Positions 25,200 through 39,015 of a stretch of 64,000 bases of DNA are shown in pieces. The notes below the pieces were generated by a model. It made no database searches. It was not told the DNA's origin and saw only the letters and a program-made list of their open reading frames with translations. The stretch's first letter is position 1. Every line of letters starts with the position of its first letter. The translations under genes were made by a program, and so were the position numbers. Source of the DNA: Octopus sinensis (lineage: Eukaryota); the NCBI RefSeq assembly GCF_006345805.1, contig NC_043015.1:40734001-40798000 (forward strand), given 5' to 3'.

Positions 25200-26100
25200 G
25201 TAGTCAGTGGATTGAGGGAGAGAGAGGGGGGAAGAGATGAGGGGGTGGAGAGAAACGGGTATGGAGTACAGCTTTGATATCCCTACATCAACCTCACCAC
25301 CCCACCCCATACATCACTGGTGAGTGACCTGTGGTCAAGAGCCGTCTGGGCTTAGAGAGGTAGTGGGGAGTACAACCTGGATACACCAACTACCTTCACT
25401 GATTAATGAATGACCATGAATGGATTAAGAGAGTGAACAAGTGTAACAGAGATACCTTTACTGCCTACCTCGGGTATGTACATACACCCAGCGGGGTGGA
25501 AACTCGTCCTACGTGGTTTGTTTGAATTGTTAGACACGACAATGAAATCACAACCAACCATATTGGAAAAAAAAGTAATGGGACACATTGGATAATGTGA
25601 TCCAAGGTATACTTAGCATAGGGAAAGATGAAAAAAAAAAAACACAGAAAAAAAAAGGATGGTCAGAATTTTGAAGCAAATGATCGTGGTTTCGCTTCAC
25701 CGTGGTTGACCAAATGTTAAACAAAAAACAACCAAGAAATTGTCAGCTAAAAATATACCCACCCATATAAAGCGGGGGAGGGGACTCGTACCTGCAATAA
25801 GGGTGGCTCCAGCTGGTGACTACGGTATCACATATTGGGGTCGGGGGGGGGGGTCTTTTAGACGGGGGACCGAGAGGCAGAAAGACGGGGCGAAGTACGG
25901 AGTTGCAACGTAGATAACCGTGTTACGTACACCCGTCCAACGTGAACACACCCACCCACCCGAGCTGTAAGTAAAGATGACCTGTGGTCAAGAGGACCAG
26001 CTGGTGACAATATCATACTTACAGAGCATCGCGGCTGGTCGGTCGGTCGGCGGTCACCGTCGTCAGTCGCTTCAATATGAAACAGCTGCTAGACTTGCAC
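25200..26100. promoter_or_regulatory. CpG-enriched unique region, candidate promoter / first-intron enhancer
   Basis: GC and CpG content locally higher; repeated motifs TGACCTGTGGTCAAGAG (x2) and CCAGCTGGTGAC (x2); adjacent candidate first exon. Confidence 0.4.
26023..26029 (-). CDS. Candidate first coding exon end (ATG CTC T | GTAAGT)
   Basis: Consensus donor GTAAGT at 26022-26017 directly after an ATG, preceded by a CpG-rich UTR-like leader. Confidence 0.3.
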
Positions 26101-26399
26101 ACACATTCTCTCTCTCTCACTCTCTCTCTCTCTCTCTCTCTCGCTTCTACCTTTCTCGCTCTCTCTCTCTCTCTCTCACGTGCACATGCATACACATACG
26201 CACGCACGCAAGCACATCCCTGACTTTCAATCCCACGGTTTGTGTGAGTGGAGAGAGGGGGAGAAGAGAGGAGGGGAAGAGAATGAAGGATAGACAGGCA
26301 GACAGACATGCGGAGAGGCAGACAGGTAGACGAGAAAAAGAAGGAAGATAGACAAAGACAAAACGGTACAAAGGCAGTCAGTCAGTCAGGCAGAAGAAG

Positions 26400-26495
26400 A
26401 GAAGGGGAAGATAGATAGATAGGAGAGAGAGAGAGAGGAAGATAGATAGATAGAGAGAGAGAGAGAGGAAGATAGATAAAGAGAGAGAGAGGAAG

Positions 26496-26557
<62 letters not shown>

Positions 26558-26621
26558 GAAGAGATAGATAGATAGATAGAGAGATAGATAAACAAATAGA
26601 TAGATAGATGGATAGATAAAT

Positions 26622-26660
<39 letters not shown>

Positions 26661-26701
26661 TAAACAGATAGATAGATAGATAGACAGAGATGGATAGATA
26701 G

Positions 26702-26732
<31 letters not shown>

Positions 26733-26743
26733 TGGATAGATAG

Positions 26744-26776
<33 letters not shown>

Positions 26777-26778
26777 TG

Positions 26779-26828
<50 letters not shown>

Positions 26829-26902
26829 GATAAATAGATAGATATATAGATAGATAGATAGATAGAGAGTAAATAGAGAAGATAGATAGATAGAGAGAGA
26901 TG

Positions 26903-26937
<35 letters not shown>

Positions 26938-26990
26938 CGATAGATAGATAGATAGATAGATATGATAGTAGATAAATAGATAGATGACAG

Positions 26991-27027
<37 letters not shown>

Positions 27028-27062
27028 TAGATAGATAGATAGATAGATATAGACAGAGATAA

Positions 27063-27131
<69 letters not shown>

Positions 27132-27142
27132 CAGAGAGAGAG
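26400..27142. repeat. (GATA)n/(GA)n microsatellite field
   Basis: About 740 bp of ATAG repeats. Confidence 0.95.
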
Positions 27143-27538
27143 AACAATGTTGGCTGCCTCTCTTCGCGCAGATCTCATGACAATCACAGATATACACGTA
27201 TTCACAACACATCGCCTTTTCGCTTTGATCACCTACAAAGGAGTGGAGGAAACCCTTAAAAAAATATATATATATATGTATATATACTGCCACAAGGAAC
27301 GGGGGCGAAGGTGGCTACGATAGGTAAGTCCAGGGTGGTGTAGATGTGAAGCACGGGTGGGTCGCCGAGGTGTGGTTAAAGATGGTTAAACAGGACCAGG
27401 AATTGACTGCCAAGAGAACCAACCATATGGTAACTTTCGATCTAACGGTCACCTTGTTACCGGTAACACACAAACACACACGTATACGTTACACAACACA
27501 CATACACACAACTATACAATGTGTATATATATATATAT

Positions 27539-27574
<36 letters not shown>

Positions 27575-28341
27575 CAGACGCACATATACATGACATTATA
27601 CAATACTATATACACGCACCCACATATATACACACACACACAGCACAGTTCTACATATACAAACCAGCATACACACACGTATTCATAACATTATACAAGA
27701 GACACTCACAATTTATTTACATACATACATACATGTACGATTATATACAACAGTTGATATATATATAAATCCCAACATACAAAACAATATAATTATGCTT
27801 ATTTACACTCTCACACGCGACACATACGATAAGAATTAAAGATATATGTTGCTACATTCGACATACCTGTGTGTGCGTGTACATACACACACACATTGAC
27901 ACACGTAGTTACACGTCACAACCTATCACATTTACACACACACACACACATACATACATACATACATACATACATACATACATACATACATAGAGGCACG
28001 CATACATAAATACATACACACATACACATCCACGTCACAGATTGAAATTTCTTTTATACCAATTTACATATCGGTAGCATTTCCAGTGTGTATATGTGTG
28101 TGTGTGTGTGTGTGTATGGAGACACATACACACACACACGTTTGTATTTACAAATATGAGAAAACCTAACCCGTTACATATTGTATAATCTATACATCTA
28201 CGAACAGGGTATATAGTCTCAAATATACTCGTGTGTGTATATGTGTATACATACGTAAATGTATGTATAGATGTTCGTGTATACACATGTATACACATAG
28301 TCCTCTCTCTCACACACACTCTCTGTGTACATAACACACAC

Positions 28342-28386
<45 letters not shown>

Positions 28387-28602
28387 TACACACTTGTCTA
28401 CAATAAGGTGACAGCAGGTGACACAAGTAAAAAATATACATTAGTACATTATACGTGTGTGTGTATATATACATACATACATATAATATATATATATATA
28501 TATCTATATATATATAATTATATATATATACATACATACATACATACACTCGTACGGTGTGTATGATTAGCTATAAAATAATAGTGAGTACTGCCTCCTT
28601 AC

Positions 28603-28646
28603 CAGATACTCCCGGTCGACGGGGTGGCCACCATCATTGTCATCAT
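28603..28646 (-). CDS. Candidate alternative first coding exon (MMTMMVATPSTGSI + TG | GTAAGG)
   Basis: CTG|GTAAGG donor; unique GC-rich island; three TCAGT initiator-like motifs 45-90 nt upstream. Confidence 0.3.
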
Positions 28647-29867
28647 CAACGTGAAGAGAAGATGAAAGGAAATAAACAAATTAGATCAACTGACCAGTGA
28701 CTGAGCGTGATGGCCTCTGTCTCGGAAACTGACACACACATACACACACACGTACACACTCACCAATATACACACACACGCACGCACGATCATTTAACGT
28801 CACATACTACCACCATCACCACCACTACAGCTACTACCATTGCTACCATCACTATTACTACAACTACTACTATTACCACTACTACTACTCAATCAACATG
28901 ACCACCACTGTTGCTACTAGTATTTACTACATCTACTACTACTAACACCACCACAACTACTACTACTAGTACCAGCACCACAACCACCACCACTATTGCT
29001 GCTACTAGTACTACAACTACTACCACTGCTGCTACTCTGTACACCTTTCATTCATTTCTAACTCCCACTATTCCTCCTACTCCATCTCTAAACTCTTGGT
29101 ATCTCCTGCTTACACTACTCCCCAGTACTCCTTCTGTGTCTTCCTCTACCTGTTACTAATCCCTTGTAGTACTCTCCTACACATTTCCTAACAGCTACTA
29201 CTAATACTACTACTACTCTGAGTATACCAAGACAGAACACTGTTTCACACGCCATCACCCATTCATACTTTCTTTTCACTGTTTCATTCATAAATTTCCA
29301 CAATCACCACCACCGCCACCATCACATAATCAGGGAGACCCGCCTCCCTCCCTCCATCCTTATCATTCATTCATTCATAAAACTCTCACTCGCACAACTT
29401 TCCCACACACTCCTACCCCTCCCACCACAATCGACATCATCTCTCTCTTCCCTCTCTCTCTCCTTCATACTCTTTCTCTCTCCCTCTCTCTCTCACACAC
29501 ACACACTCTACTCACCCTAACCTAGCTTCATTCATTCACAATCTCTCACACATACACATACATGTGTACCACACACACACACAAAGAAGGGGAGGAGGAG
29601 GTATGCAACAAACCTATAATTAATGCAAGCCTAAGAGAGTAACAAACTTTGGTTGTTATGCGTTAATAGTTGTTTGTATACACACACTTGTATTTGCATA
29701 TATACACATACATATATACATGTGTAATGCCCAAACACAAATACACACGCATACATACAGGGAACATATACTCATACAAAAATACATACATATGCATACA
29801 TGTATATGTGTGGACATATATATATATATATATATATATACACATGCACCACAAAATATATATATAT

Positions 29868-29913
<46 letters not shown>

Positions 29914-29955
29914 CACACACACACAAATATATAAACAAAATATATACATATATAT

Positions 29956-30181
29956 TTCTTTACTGCCCACAAGGGGCTAAACATAGGAGACAAACAAGGA
30001 CAGACAAATGGATTAAGTCGATTACATTGACCCCAGTGCATAACTGATACTTTATTTATCGACCCCGAAAGGATGAAAGGCAAAGTTGACCTGGGCGGAA
30101 TTTGAACTCAGAACGTAACGACAGACGAAATACCACTAAGCATTTTGCCCGCGTACAAACATTTCTGCCAGCTCACCGCCT
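29956..30181 (-). mobile_element. SINE family C
   Basis: Matches 43077-43288. Confidence 0.85.
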
Positions 30182-30214
30182 CATATATATATATATACAT
30201 ATATATACACACAT

Positions 30215-30254
<40 letters not shown>

Positions 30255-30645
30255 GGTATATTTAATCTAACATGGGCAAAGGTGTGCCTCTCAGGTGGAG
30301 GATTGAAAAGGCATGTCAAAAGGGCTCATATAGTGGCTGTGACACCTGTTCCCTCTGACTCTAGAGTCAGGCCTCACATTGCATCAACATTGACTCATTT
30401 CAATGACTCTTTCTAGCAATGATCCTGCTCATATACAAGAAAGCAACTAAGATATATATATATATATATTTCAATTTGAAAACTCCACTAGAATGGACGA
30501 AAGCGCTGATATATGATACATGATGTATGATGTATAAAAACATGTAATATACAAATAAATATCTGTAAATATAAAACCATCCGAATTTCTGAGTACCTCA
30601 TTTCTTCTAATATAAAATACCCATACATCATCTCCAAACCTTCTA

Positions 30646-30685
<40 letters not shown>

Positions 30686-31261
30686 TCATTTAACATCCAT
30701 TTTCCATGCTGGCAGGGGTTGGACAGTTGGACAGGGGTCAGCTAGGCAGAAGACACACAGACACGGAAGACATAACCAGAAGAGGTGGGTTCCGATTGCA
30801 ATATGAATTACACCAGCGGTGAGACCAATGGCAGGCAAGGTACATGCCATTACCAGCTTGGAGAGAAAGACGAAGGATGTAATGTTATGATGATGATGCT
30901 GATGATGTGTGGGGGGGAGAGAGAGGGTGTGTGTGTGTGTGTGTTGTCAAAGAGATGACCATATGCTAAGTTATTTTAGTCTAAAATGCTGTATGTTGCT
31001 TTCTAAAATACTCAGAGGATTTCCTAGAATGGTCCATGTTTGGTGGCCCTACTGTATCAGAAGGATTCCATCATCCAAATACACACACACACACACATGC
31101 ACACACGTTTCATCTCACCCCCACCACCACCACCTGCTTCCTTTCTTCTCGCTCAGTTTCATGAAAACAAACCTTCACACCCACTATTATAACCAGCCTC
31201 CATAATGTCCCTCTCTTCTGATGCCCCAGTGACAAATAAAATTATTATCCTCATCATCAAC

Positions 31262-32135
31262 GCAGAATCGTTAGCATGCCAGGCAAAATGTCTGGCAGCA
31301 TTTCATCCACCTTTAAGTCCTGAGTTCAAATTCCACCAAGATCGGCTTTGCCATTCATTCATTCTTTTGAAATCAATAAAATAAGTACCAGTTGAACATT
31401 GGGGTCAATGTAATTGATTAGTTCCCTCCACCAAAATTTCAGGCCTTGTGCCTTTAGTAGACAAGATTATTATTATTATTATTATTATTATTATGACAGT
31501 GGACTGGCAAAACCATTTGTTGCTAGCCTTCTGAATTCAAATCCCGCTGTGTTGATAAAATAAGTAACAACTAAGAACTAGGGTCAATCAACTGACGCCC
31601 TCAACTAAAACTGCTGGCCTTGTACCTAAATCAGAAACTATTATCATTCATCATTTAACATCTGTTGTCCATGCTGGCGTGGGTTGGACGATTTGACCAG
31701 AGCTGGCAAACCAGAGGGCTGCACCAGATTCCAGTTTGATTTGGCATGGTTTTCCACAGCTGGATGCCCTTCTTAATGCCAACCAGTTTACCAAGCATGC
31801 TCAATGCTTTTCACATGGCACCAACGCATGACTCTTGCAGGCCAAGTTTCTTTACTAGCAGCCTTAACACTCCTGCTGTGGAATTATTATTATTATTATA
31901 ATTATTATTATTATTATTATTAAAGGTGGCAAGCTGACAGAATCATTAGCACATCGGAGAAAATGCTTAGCGGCATTTGTCTGTCCTTAAGTTCGAAGTT
32001 CAAATGCCACTGGGGCGACTTTGCCTTCCATCCTTTGAGGGTCAATGAAATAAGTACCAGTTGAAAATTGGAGGGGGGAGGTCGATGTAATCAACTCTTC
32101 CCCTCCCACAAATTGCTGGCCCTGTGCCAAAATTA
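31262..32135. mobile_element. Cluster of SINE C (+) and SINE D (-) copies in (TTA)n
   Basis: C at ~31262-31465 and 31924-32135; D at ~31645-31825. Confidence 0.75.
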
Positions 32136-32154
32136 TCATTATCATTATTATTAT

Positions 32155-32430
32155 TGAGTGAGAAAGTAACACACGCCATCAAAGTGACACTGGGGTACAA
32201 ACATATGAAGCCCTTATGCTCATCATGACTACCCAATTGATAAGGGTACACCAGGCACATGCATGGAACATGGTGATTTCATATCAAGATAAACAGCGCA
32301 TGACCTTGCAGGTGGGGCCCTGTTAGAATTTTCTTCTGGTTGAGTAGCCCATCCCGCTCAAAAGGTCCCTGAATAAGGATTGTTTAAGGATGTTGAACGA
32401 AACAGCAATGTTTCCAGGGGTGAATTATTC
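32155..32430 (-). mobile_element. Truncated copy of the (TAA)n-associated non-autonomous element (same family as 63054-63822)
   Basis: GCCATCAAAGTGACACTGGGG...CCCGCTCAAAAGGTCCCTGAATAAG shared; abuts (TTA)n. Confidence 0.85.
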
Positions 32431-33466
32431 ACCCTACCACCTTAAAAATGGAAGGACACATGGAATTATGTGATCTTGGATGTCATGCTTGTAAAATCTG
32501 ATAGGAGGGTCATGGCTGGAATGTCTGAGTCTGGGTTTACTAAATGTCAGCTGACCTGAGGCTAGACAACAACAACAGCATGAAGATATTGCAAGTGAGA
32601 GACATCAACTGACTCAATCAAAACATCTCGAGAACTGAAGCCATGTTGCATGGAATTTACCAATCAACAGCAGACACAGACATCAGCTGACACATCGACA
32701 CATACATACATCCACCATCAACAAACACACACACACACACACAACCACACGCACACACACACAGGCATCCACACCACACACACCACACACACACAAACAA
32801 CCACACACACACACACACAACCATGCACACACAAACAACCACGCACACACACACACACAACACTCGCACGCACACACAACTACGCACATACAACCACGCA
32901 CACACCTACACATACACACACAACTACACACAAATACACAGCCACGTACACACACAACTACACACTCAGACACAACCACACACACATACACACGCACACA
33001 CAACTACACACACACAACAACATGCACACACACAACCACACAACAACGCACACACATCTACACATACATAACCAAGCACACACAACTACACACACACACA
33101 CACACACTAACTTTATCCAACCAACCCTTAGTTTTCTTCTCATTCTTGAAAGAATCAAAGAATACAGAATGGAAAAAAGACAAACAAAAACAAAATAAAA
33201 GCAATACTTTGAAAATATAGTCATTGGTGACTCACCTTGCTAGAAATAGCAGTAAAATCTCCCTCATAATCTCATTACTATATTCAAAAAAGGAAATACA
33301 TATAAGATAACATGGTGCCTTTGGGAGGGCCACTGCTACCTTGAGATTAAACAACAATCAATTTAGGTTATATGTATATATACACACATGCACACACAGA
33401 AAATACAAAGACACGGATATGTGTGAAGCAGGAGTGGGTACATATGAATGCATTTGTGTACACACG

Positions 33467-34261
33467 CGCAGGAGTGGCTGTGTGGTAAGTAGCTTGTTTA
33501 CCAACCACATGGTTCCGGGTTCAGTCCCACTGCGTGGCACCTTGGGCAAGTGTCTTCTACTATAGCCTCAGGCCGACCAAAGCCTTGTGAGTGGATTTGG
33601 TAGATGGAAACTGAAAAGAAGCCCGTCGTATATATGTATATATATATGTATGTGTGTGTGTCTGTGTTTGTCCCCCTAGCATTGCTTGACAACCGATGTT
33701 GGTGTGTTTACGTCCCCGTCACTTAGCAGTTCGGCAAAAGAGACCGATAGAATAAGTACTGGGCTTACAAAGAATAAGTCCCGGGGTCAAGTTGCTCGAT
33801 TAAAGGCGGTGCTCCAGCATGGCTGCAGTCAAATGACTGAAACAAGTAAAAGAGTAAAGACACACACACATATATAGAGATGTAGGAGTGGTTGTGTGGT
33901 AAGTAGCTTGCTTCCCAACCACAAGGTTCCAGGTTCAGTCCCACTGTGTGGCACCTTGGGCAATTGTCTCCTACTGCAGCCTCGGGCTGCCCAAAGCCTT
34001 GTGAGTGGATTTGGCAGACGGAAACTGAAAGAAGCCCGTTGTATACATATGTGTGTGTGTGTGTTTGTGTGTCTGTATTTGTCATCCCTTGAAAACCAAT
34101 GCTGGTGTGCTTAAGTCCCCCGTAGCTTAGTGGTTCGGCAAAAAGGGAATAATAGAATAAGTACTAGGCTTACAAAGAATAAGTCCTGGGATCAATTTGT
34201 TCAATTAACAGCGATACTCCAGCATGGCCACAGTCAAATGACTGCAACAAATAAAAGAATA
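33467..34261 (+). mobile_element. Two tandem SINE A copies (33467-33856, 33881-34261)
   Basis: Both have a full head and tail. Confidence 0.9.
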
Positions 34262-34276
34262 TAAATATATATATAC

Positions 34277-34308
<32 letters not shown>

Positions 34309-34342
34309 ATATACACACATATTTATATATATGCATGTATAA

Positions 34343-34565
34343 GGTGGAGGCACTTGGTTGGTTTAGTGGTTAGAGTGGTGGACTCACCAGCGTAGGATTG
34401 CGGTTACGATTCCCAGACCAGGTGACACGTTGCATTTTTGAGCAAAAACCCTTCATTTCATGTTGCTCCAATCCACTCAGCTGGCAAAAGCGAGTAATCC
34501 TGTGACAGACCGGCTTCCCATCCAGGAAGGAACACATACACCACAGAATCCAGGGAATCAACCCG
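34343..34565 (+). mobile_element. SINE B-related element (old)
   Basis: GTGGAGGCAC..AGTGGTTAGAG..GGATTGCGGTTACGATTCCCAGACC head. Confidence 0.7.
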
Positions 34566-34886
34566 CATGCATTTATATGATTTGCGAAGGAGCTTTAGCC
34601 TTTTTCAATGCATATATATATGTGTGTGTTTGTGTATATATATATATGCATGCATGCTTGTATGTATGTATATGTTTGTCATTATGTGTGTACATAATTT
34701 TCACTCATTGGTGATGCTCTGTACTCAATGTATTTTATGTGTTATTTATATACACCACACATATATATATATATATAATATTATATATATATATATATAT
34801 TATATATAATATAGGGAGAGTTTACGAAAAAAAAAAACTAAGATAAAGACGGGTGGTGTACAAAACAAATAGGAATAGAAAAAGTC

Positions 34887-34920
34887 TTTTACGTTTTGAG
34901 CCTACGCTCTTCTTCAGAAG
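34887..34920 (-). ncRNA. Compact hammerhead-like motif (GAAA mutated to AAAA)
   Basis: ctt-CTGAAGA-a-GAGC gtag GCTC-AAAAC-GTA-aag. Confidence 0.4.
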
Positions 34921-35231
34921 GGACACAGAAAAAAACAAGGAGAGAAAAAAATGTGTGTAGTGGTTAAGAGGCCTCCACCATAGGATCCATATGCTAGAAA
35001 GAACAGCTAAAGTCCAAACCCCTAATTAGGGATGAACTCTCGAAGGGAATGAAAAATAAAATCATTTACCATATACACATAATATATATTTATAACAACT
35101 TATAAATAAAAGCAAAAGAAAAAAATTTCTACAGGTATGATTGAACAGATATGCATATTTATACATATATATATATATATATATCGATATGAATAAATAA
35201 TGGAGTTTAACGCAGTTGAATCAAATATTTT

Positions 35232-35318
35232 ACTTCGACCCACATGTTTCGAAAATTCCACTGATACTATTCAAAAGAATAAATTGTATAAACAATGCAA
35301 TCTTCTCTTCAGGAAAGT
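35232..35318 (-). ncRNA. Type-I hammerhead ribozyme motif with long stem II
   Basis: actttc-CTGAAGA; stem II gaagattgcattg/cagtggaattttc (12 of 13 paired incl. GU); GAAAC-ATGTGG-GTC-gaagt. Confidence 0.7.
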
Positions 35319-36489
35319 GAAAACTATTTATTTATTTTTTCCGTGTTAATTGTTAACAAGGTAAAAATATACTCATCTATATATATATATATATATACTT
35401 TATTTAAAGCATCGGGAAATTCAGAGTAACAGGTTTTGTTGAATTTTCTGCTGCTTTAAATAAAGCATATTACTCTACCACTGGTATTTGAGTACTCTTT
35501 TTTCCACCTTGTTTCACATTTATGTGTTTACTCAGGTATATATATATATATATATACACACACAGACACACAGCTATGTGTATCTTAGTTCGTGTGATAA
35601 CATGACAGCGTTTACAGTGAAAGTGAAAGGGTGTATATGTGCATAGTCTTGCAAGTGTGTGTTTAACCATGGGTATGTGTATGAATGTGTGTATGCAATG
35701 TGGGTCACTTGGTGTACACTCTCATTGACATATGCTGTCTGTTGATGCACACAGCCTCGCACACAACTGCATATGGGACACACGGATACACACACATATA
35801 TGGTACATAAGTATATATACGGTGTGTGTGTGTGTACATACATATATATATTTATATATATACATATATACACAAACATAGATACACACACACATGGTGC
35901 ATATATATATATACACATACATAAACATATATATATATATATATAAACACATATACACACACACATGTATTGTATTCTGTAAAAAAAGAAGATAGAGGAG
36001 AGGGGGGGGAGACAGAGAGGGAGACAGAGAGAGGGAGAGAGAAAGATGGAGAAAAAGAGATAGAGACAGATAATAGAGAGAGCACTAGTCTGACTGTAAA
36101 GAGGTGATGTTGGTGGTGGGGGTCATGGCAGTAGTGGCGGTGGTGATGACTGTGGTGATGGAGGAAGACAAAGAGAAGGAGAGAGATAAAGAGAGGGTGA
36201 GAGAGAGAAGCTGGAGAGGAGAGAGAGAGAGATAATGTACAGTTGTTAAGATGGAAGAAGGCCACCCACACATTGATTATAAATAGATACAGGTATGATT
36301 GAACAGAAATATCTATTGGTTTGGTCAATTGATGAGAAACACAAACACACACACAGAGGGATAAAATGCAACTCTGCAATCATGTATGCACGCACAGTTA
36401 TTGTGTAGACGTGCAAAAGGCACAACAAAACAGCCAGCCGTAACCGACGGAAACATGCACAAACACATGCAGAGTGTGTTTGTGTGAAT

Positions 36490-36599
36490 GATGTAGATAG
36501 ATAGATAGCTTGGGAGGGTTATAAGGGAGGGGGGGTAGGGATATAGACAGGCAGACAGACAGACGGACACATAGGTGGATGGATAGGTAAATAGATAGG

Positions 36600-36690
<91 letters not shown>

Positions 36691-36691
36691 G

Positions 36692-36731
<40 letters not shown>

Positions 36732-36911
36732 CAGACAGAGATAATAGATAGATGGATAAGATAGATAGATAGTAAATAGATAGATGGATAGATAGATAGA
36801 TAGAAAGATAGATAGATATATAGATAGATAGATAGATAGACAGACAGAGATAAATAGATAGATGGATAGATAGATAGATAGATAAATAGATAGATGGATA
36901 GATAGATAGAT

Positions 36912-36950
<39 letters not shown>

Positions 36951-36989
36951 CAGACAGAGATAAATAGATAGATGGATAGATAGATAGAT

Positions 36990-37023
<34 letters not shown>

Positions 37024-37048
37024 GTATATAGGCAGAGAGATAGATAGG

Positions 37049-37119
<71 letters not shown>

Positions 37120-37480
37120 GTATATAGGCAGAGAGATAGATAGGTAGATAGATAGATGGATGGATGGATGGATGGATGGATGGATGGATGGATGGATAGA
37201 TAGATAGGTAGAGAGATAGATAGACAGGTAGATATGTTTCTTTATTAGCCACACAGGGCTGCACACAGACGGGACAAATTACAAGGTAGAGAGCTTTTCT
37301 TTTTGGGGATAAAAAAAGGGGGTTTGGTTAGGTAGATAGGTAGATAGATAGGTAGGCAGATAGATAGATAGATAAATAGACAGGTAGATAGATAGGTAGG
37401 TAGATAAATAGACAGGTAGATAGATATGTAGGTAGATAAATAGACAGGTAGATAGATAGGTAGAAAGGTAGATAGATACA
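36490..37480. repeat. (GATA)n/(GATG)n/(GGTA)n microsatellite field
   Basis: About 1 kb of tetranucleotide repeats. Confidence 0.95.
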
Positions 37481-38152
37481 TATGCTACTGACATATGCGT
37501 GTATATTTGACACATGCACACACACACATATATATATATATACACACATACATACATACACTCACATATGTGTGTGTATGAGATAAACATTTAGTTACAT
37601 TTCTGTTCCTACACAAAATAAGGCATTCAATGGACATTAGTGCCAGAAGAGTATATATTCTGATATACATATATATATACACACACGTATATCAGGATAT
37701 ACACACACACACACACATACACACAGTTACTAGATTTAAAAAGAAATATAAAAAAGAAAATTATAATAACAACAACCACAACAACCTAAAAGGTTGTGGG
37801 GAAGTCAGTTGTGCCAGTGCCCTTCTGGAGCAGGTTTCCGTACCCAACAATGTATGCAGTGCAAAGCAGTGTAAATGTTAATAATGCGATCCACCCACTC
37901 CCGGATAGAGAAGCTCCTGGGCATGGCTGGTTGCACGAAGGCTTCAGGTAAATAGCTGCAGAAATGAGAGCACACACGCTTTTTTTTATGCTACATAAAC
38001 AGGTACAACACACACACACACACTATCTCTCTCTCTCTCTTTATATATATATATGGGTGTGGTGTGTATATATATATATATATAAGAGAAAGGAGAGATA
38101 GTGTATGTGTGTGTATATATTATATATATACACACACATATCTCTCTTTCTC

Positions 38153-38186
<34 letters not shown>

Positions 38187-38532
38187 CTAAATTTCTAAAT
38201 CTCTCATAGAGAATGATATATATATTATATATATATATCTGTATATATCTGTGTATATCTGTATTTTTGTTCGTGTACTTCGTTCGTTTTCCGTCCTCGT
38301 GTTGTATACATTCGAAGCTTTCTTCCAGGGGATCTAATGCGCTTGGCTTAGATTTCCCTTGGCGGGCTGCCCATATCGGAGCAATCTCAAGATTAATCAG
38401 CCGAAATTGCTAAGATGATCTGGTTCTTGACTGATGACTGAGGGCTTCGAATGTCCCGTCCTGTGGTTCTTGTGTCGTCTCTGTGGTGTTTCATGTTCTT
38501 GTCCATGTCTGTAATTATTTTTACTGTTTACC

Positions 38533-38566
<34 letters not shown>

Positions 38567-38996
38567 CACGTTGATTATACAAATTCAGATGTGTATATAG
38601 ATATATATAAACAGGCAGGACAGACAGACAGAAGGACAGACAGAGAGATAGAAAGAGAGAGAGAGTGGGAGAGAGAGAGAAGGACAGATAGAGGAGAGGT
38701 TGTGATTCTGACATACAGACAGGTGTGTATATAGACACAGAACATAACGAGATAACGAAAACAAAAACAAACAAACACCTACAATTTAAAGGTTCTGTTA
38801 AAAGTGTGCCTCGTCTAGGGGCACCTGTCAGTACACAATAATGCAACACACACACATACACGCAGACATGCATATATAAATGCCAGTGGCATGATGAAAC
38901 GCACCAAGTACACTCTGTGTAAAGTATTCAGCGCTGAGAACATACAGAGACCACACAGCAAACATGGAAGGTATGAACAGGAAGATGAGGCCTCAC

Positions 38997-39015
38997 CAGT
39001 TGCTTTGTCGGACAT
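38997..39015 (-). CDS. Candidate alternative first coding exon (MSDKAT + G | GTGAGG)
   Basis: CTG|GTGAGG donor at the end of a ~220-bp unique, non-repetitive island (38997-39220). Confidence 0.3.

Noticed and set aside
26378-27293. 250-300 aa LSIY-repeat ORFs (also 36325-37266 and 57988-58530)
   Set aside because: (TATC)n repeats lack stop codons on that strand
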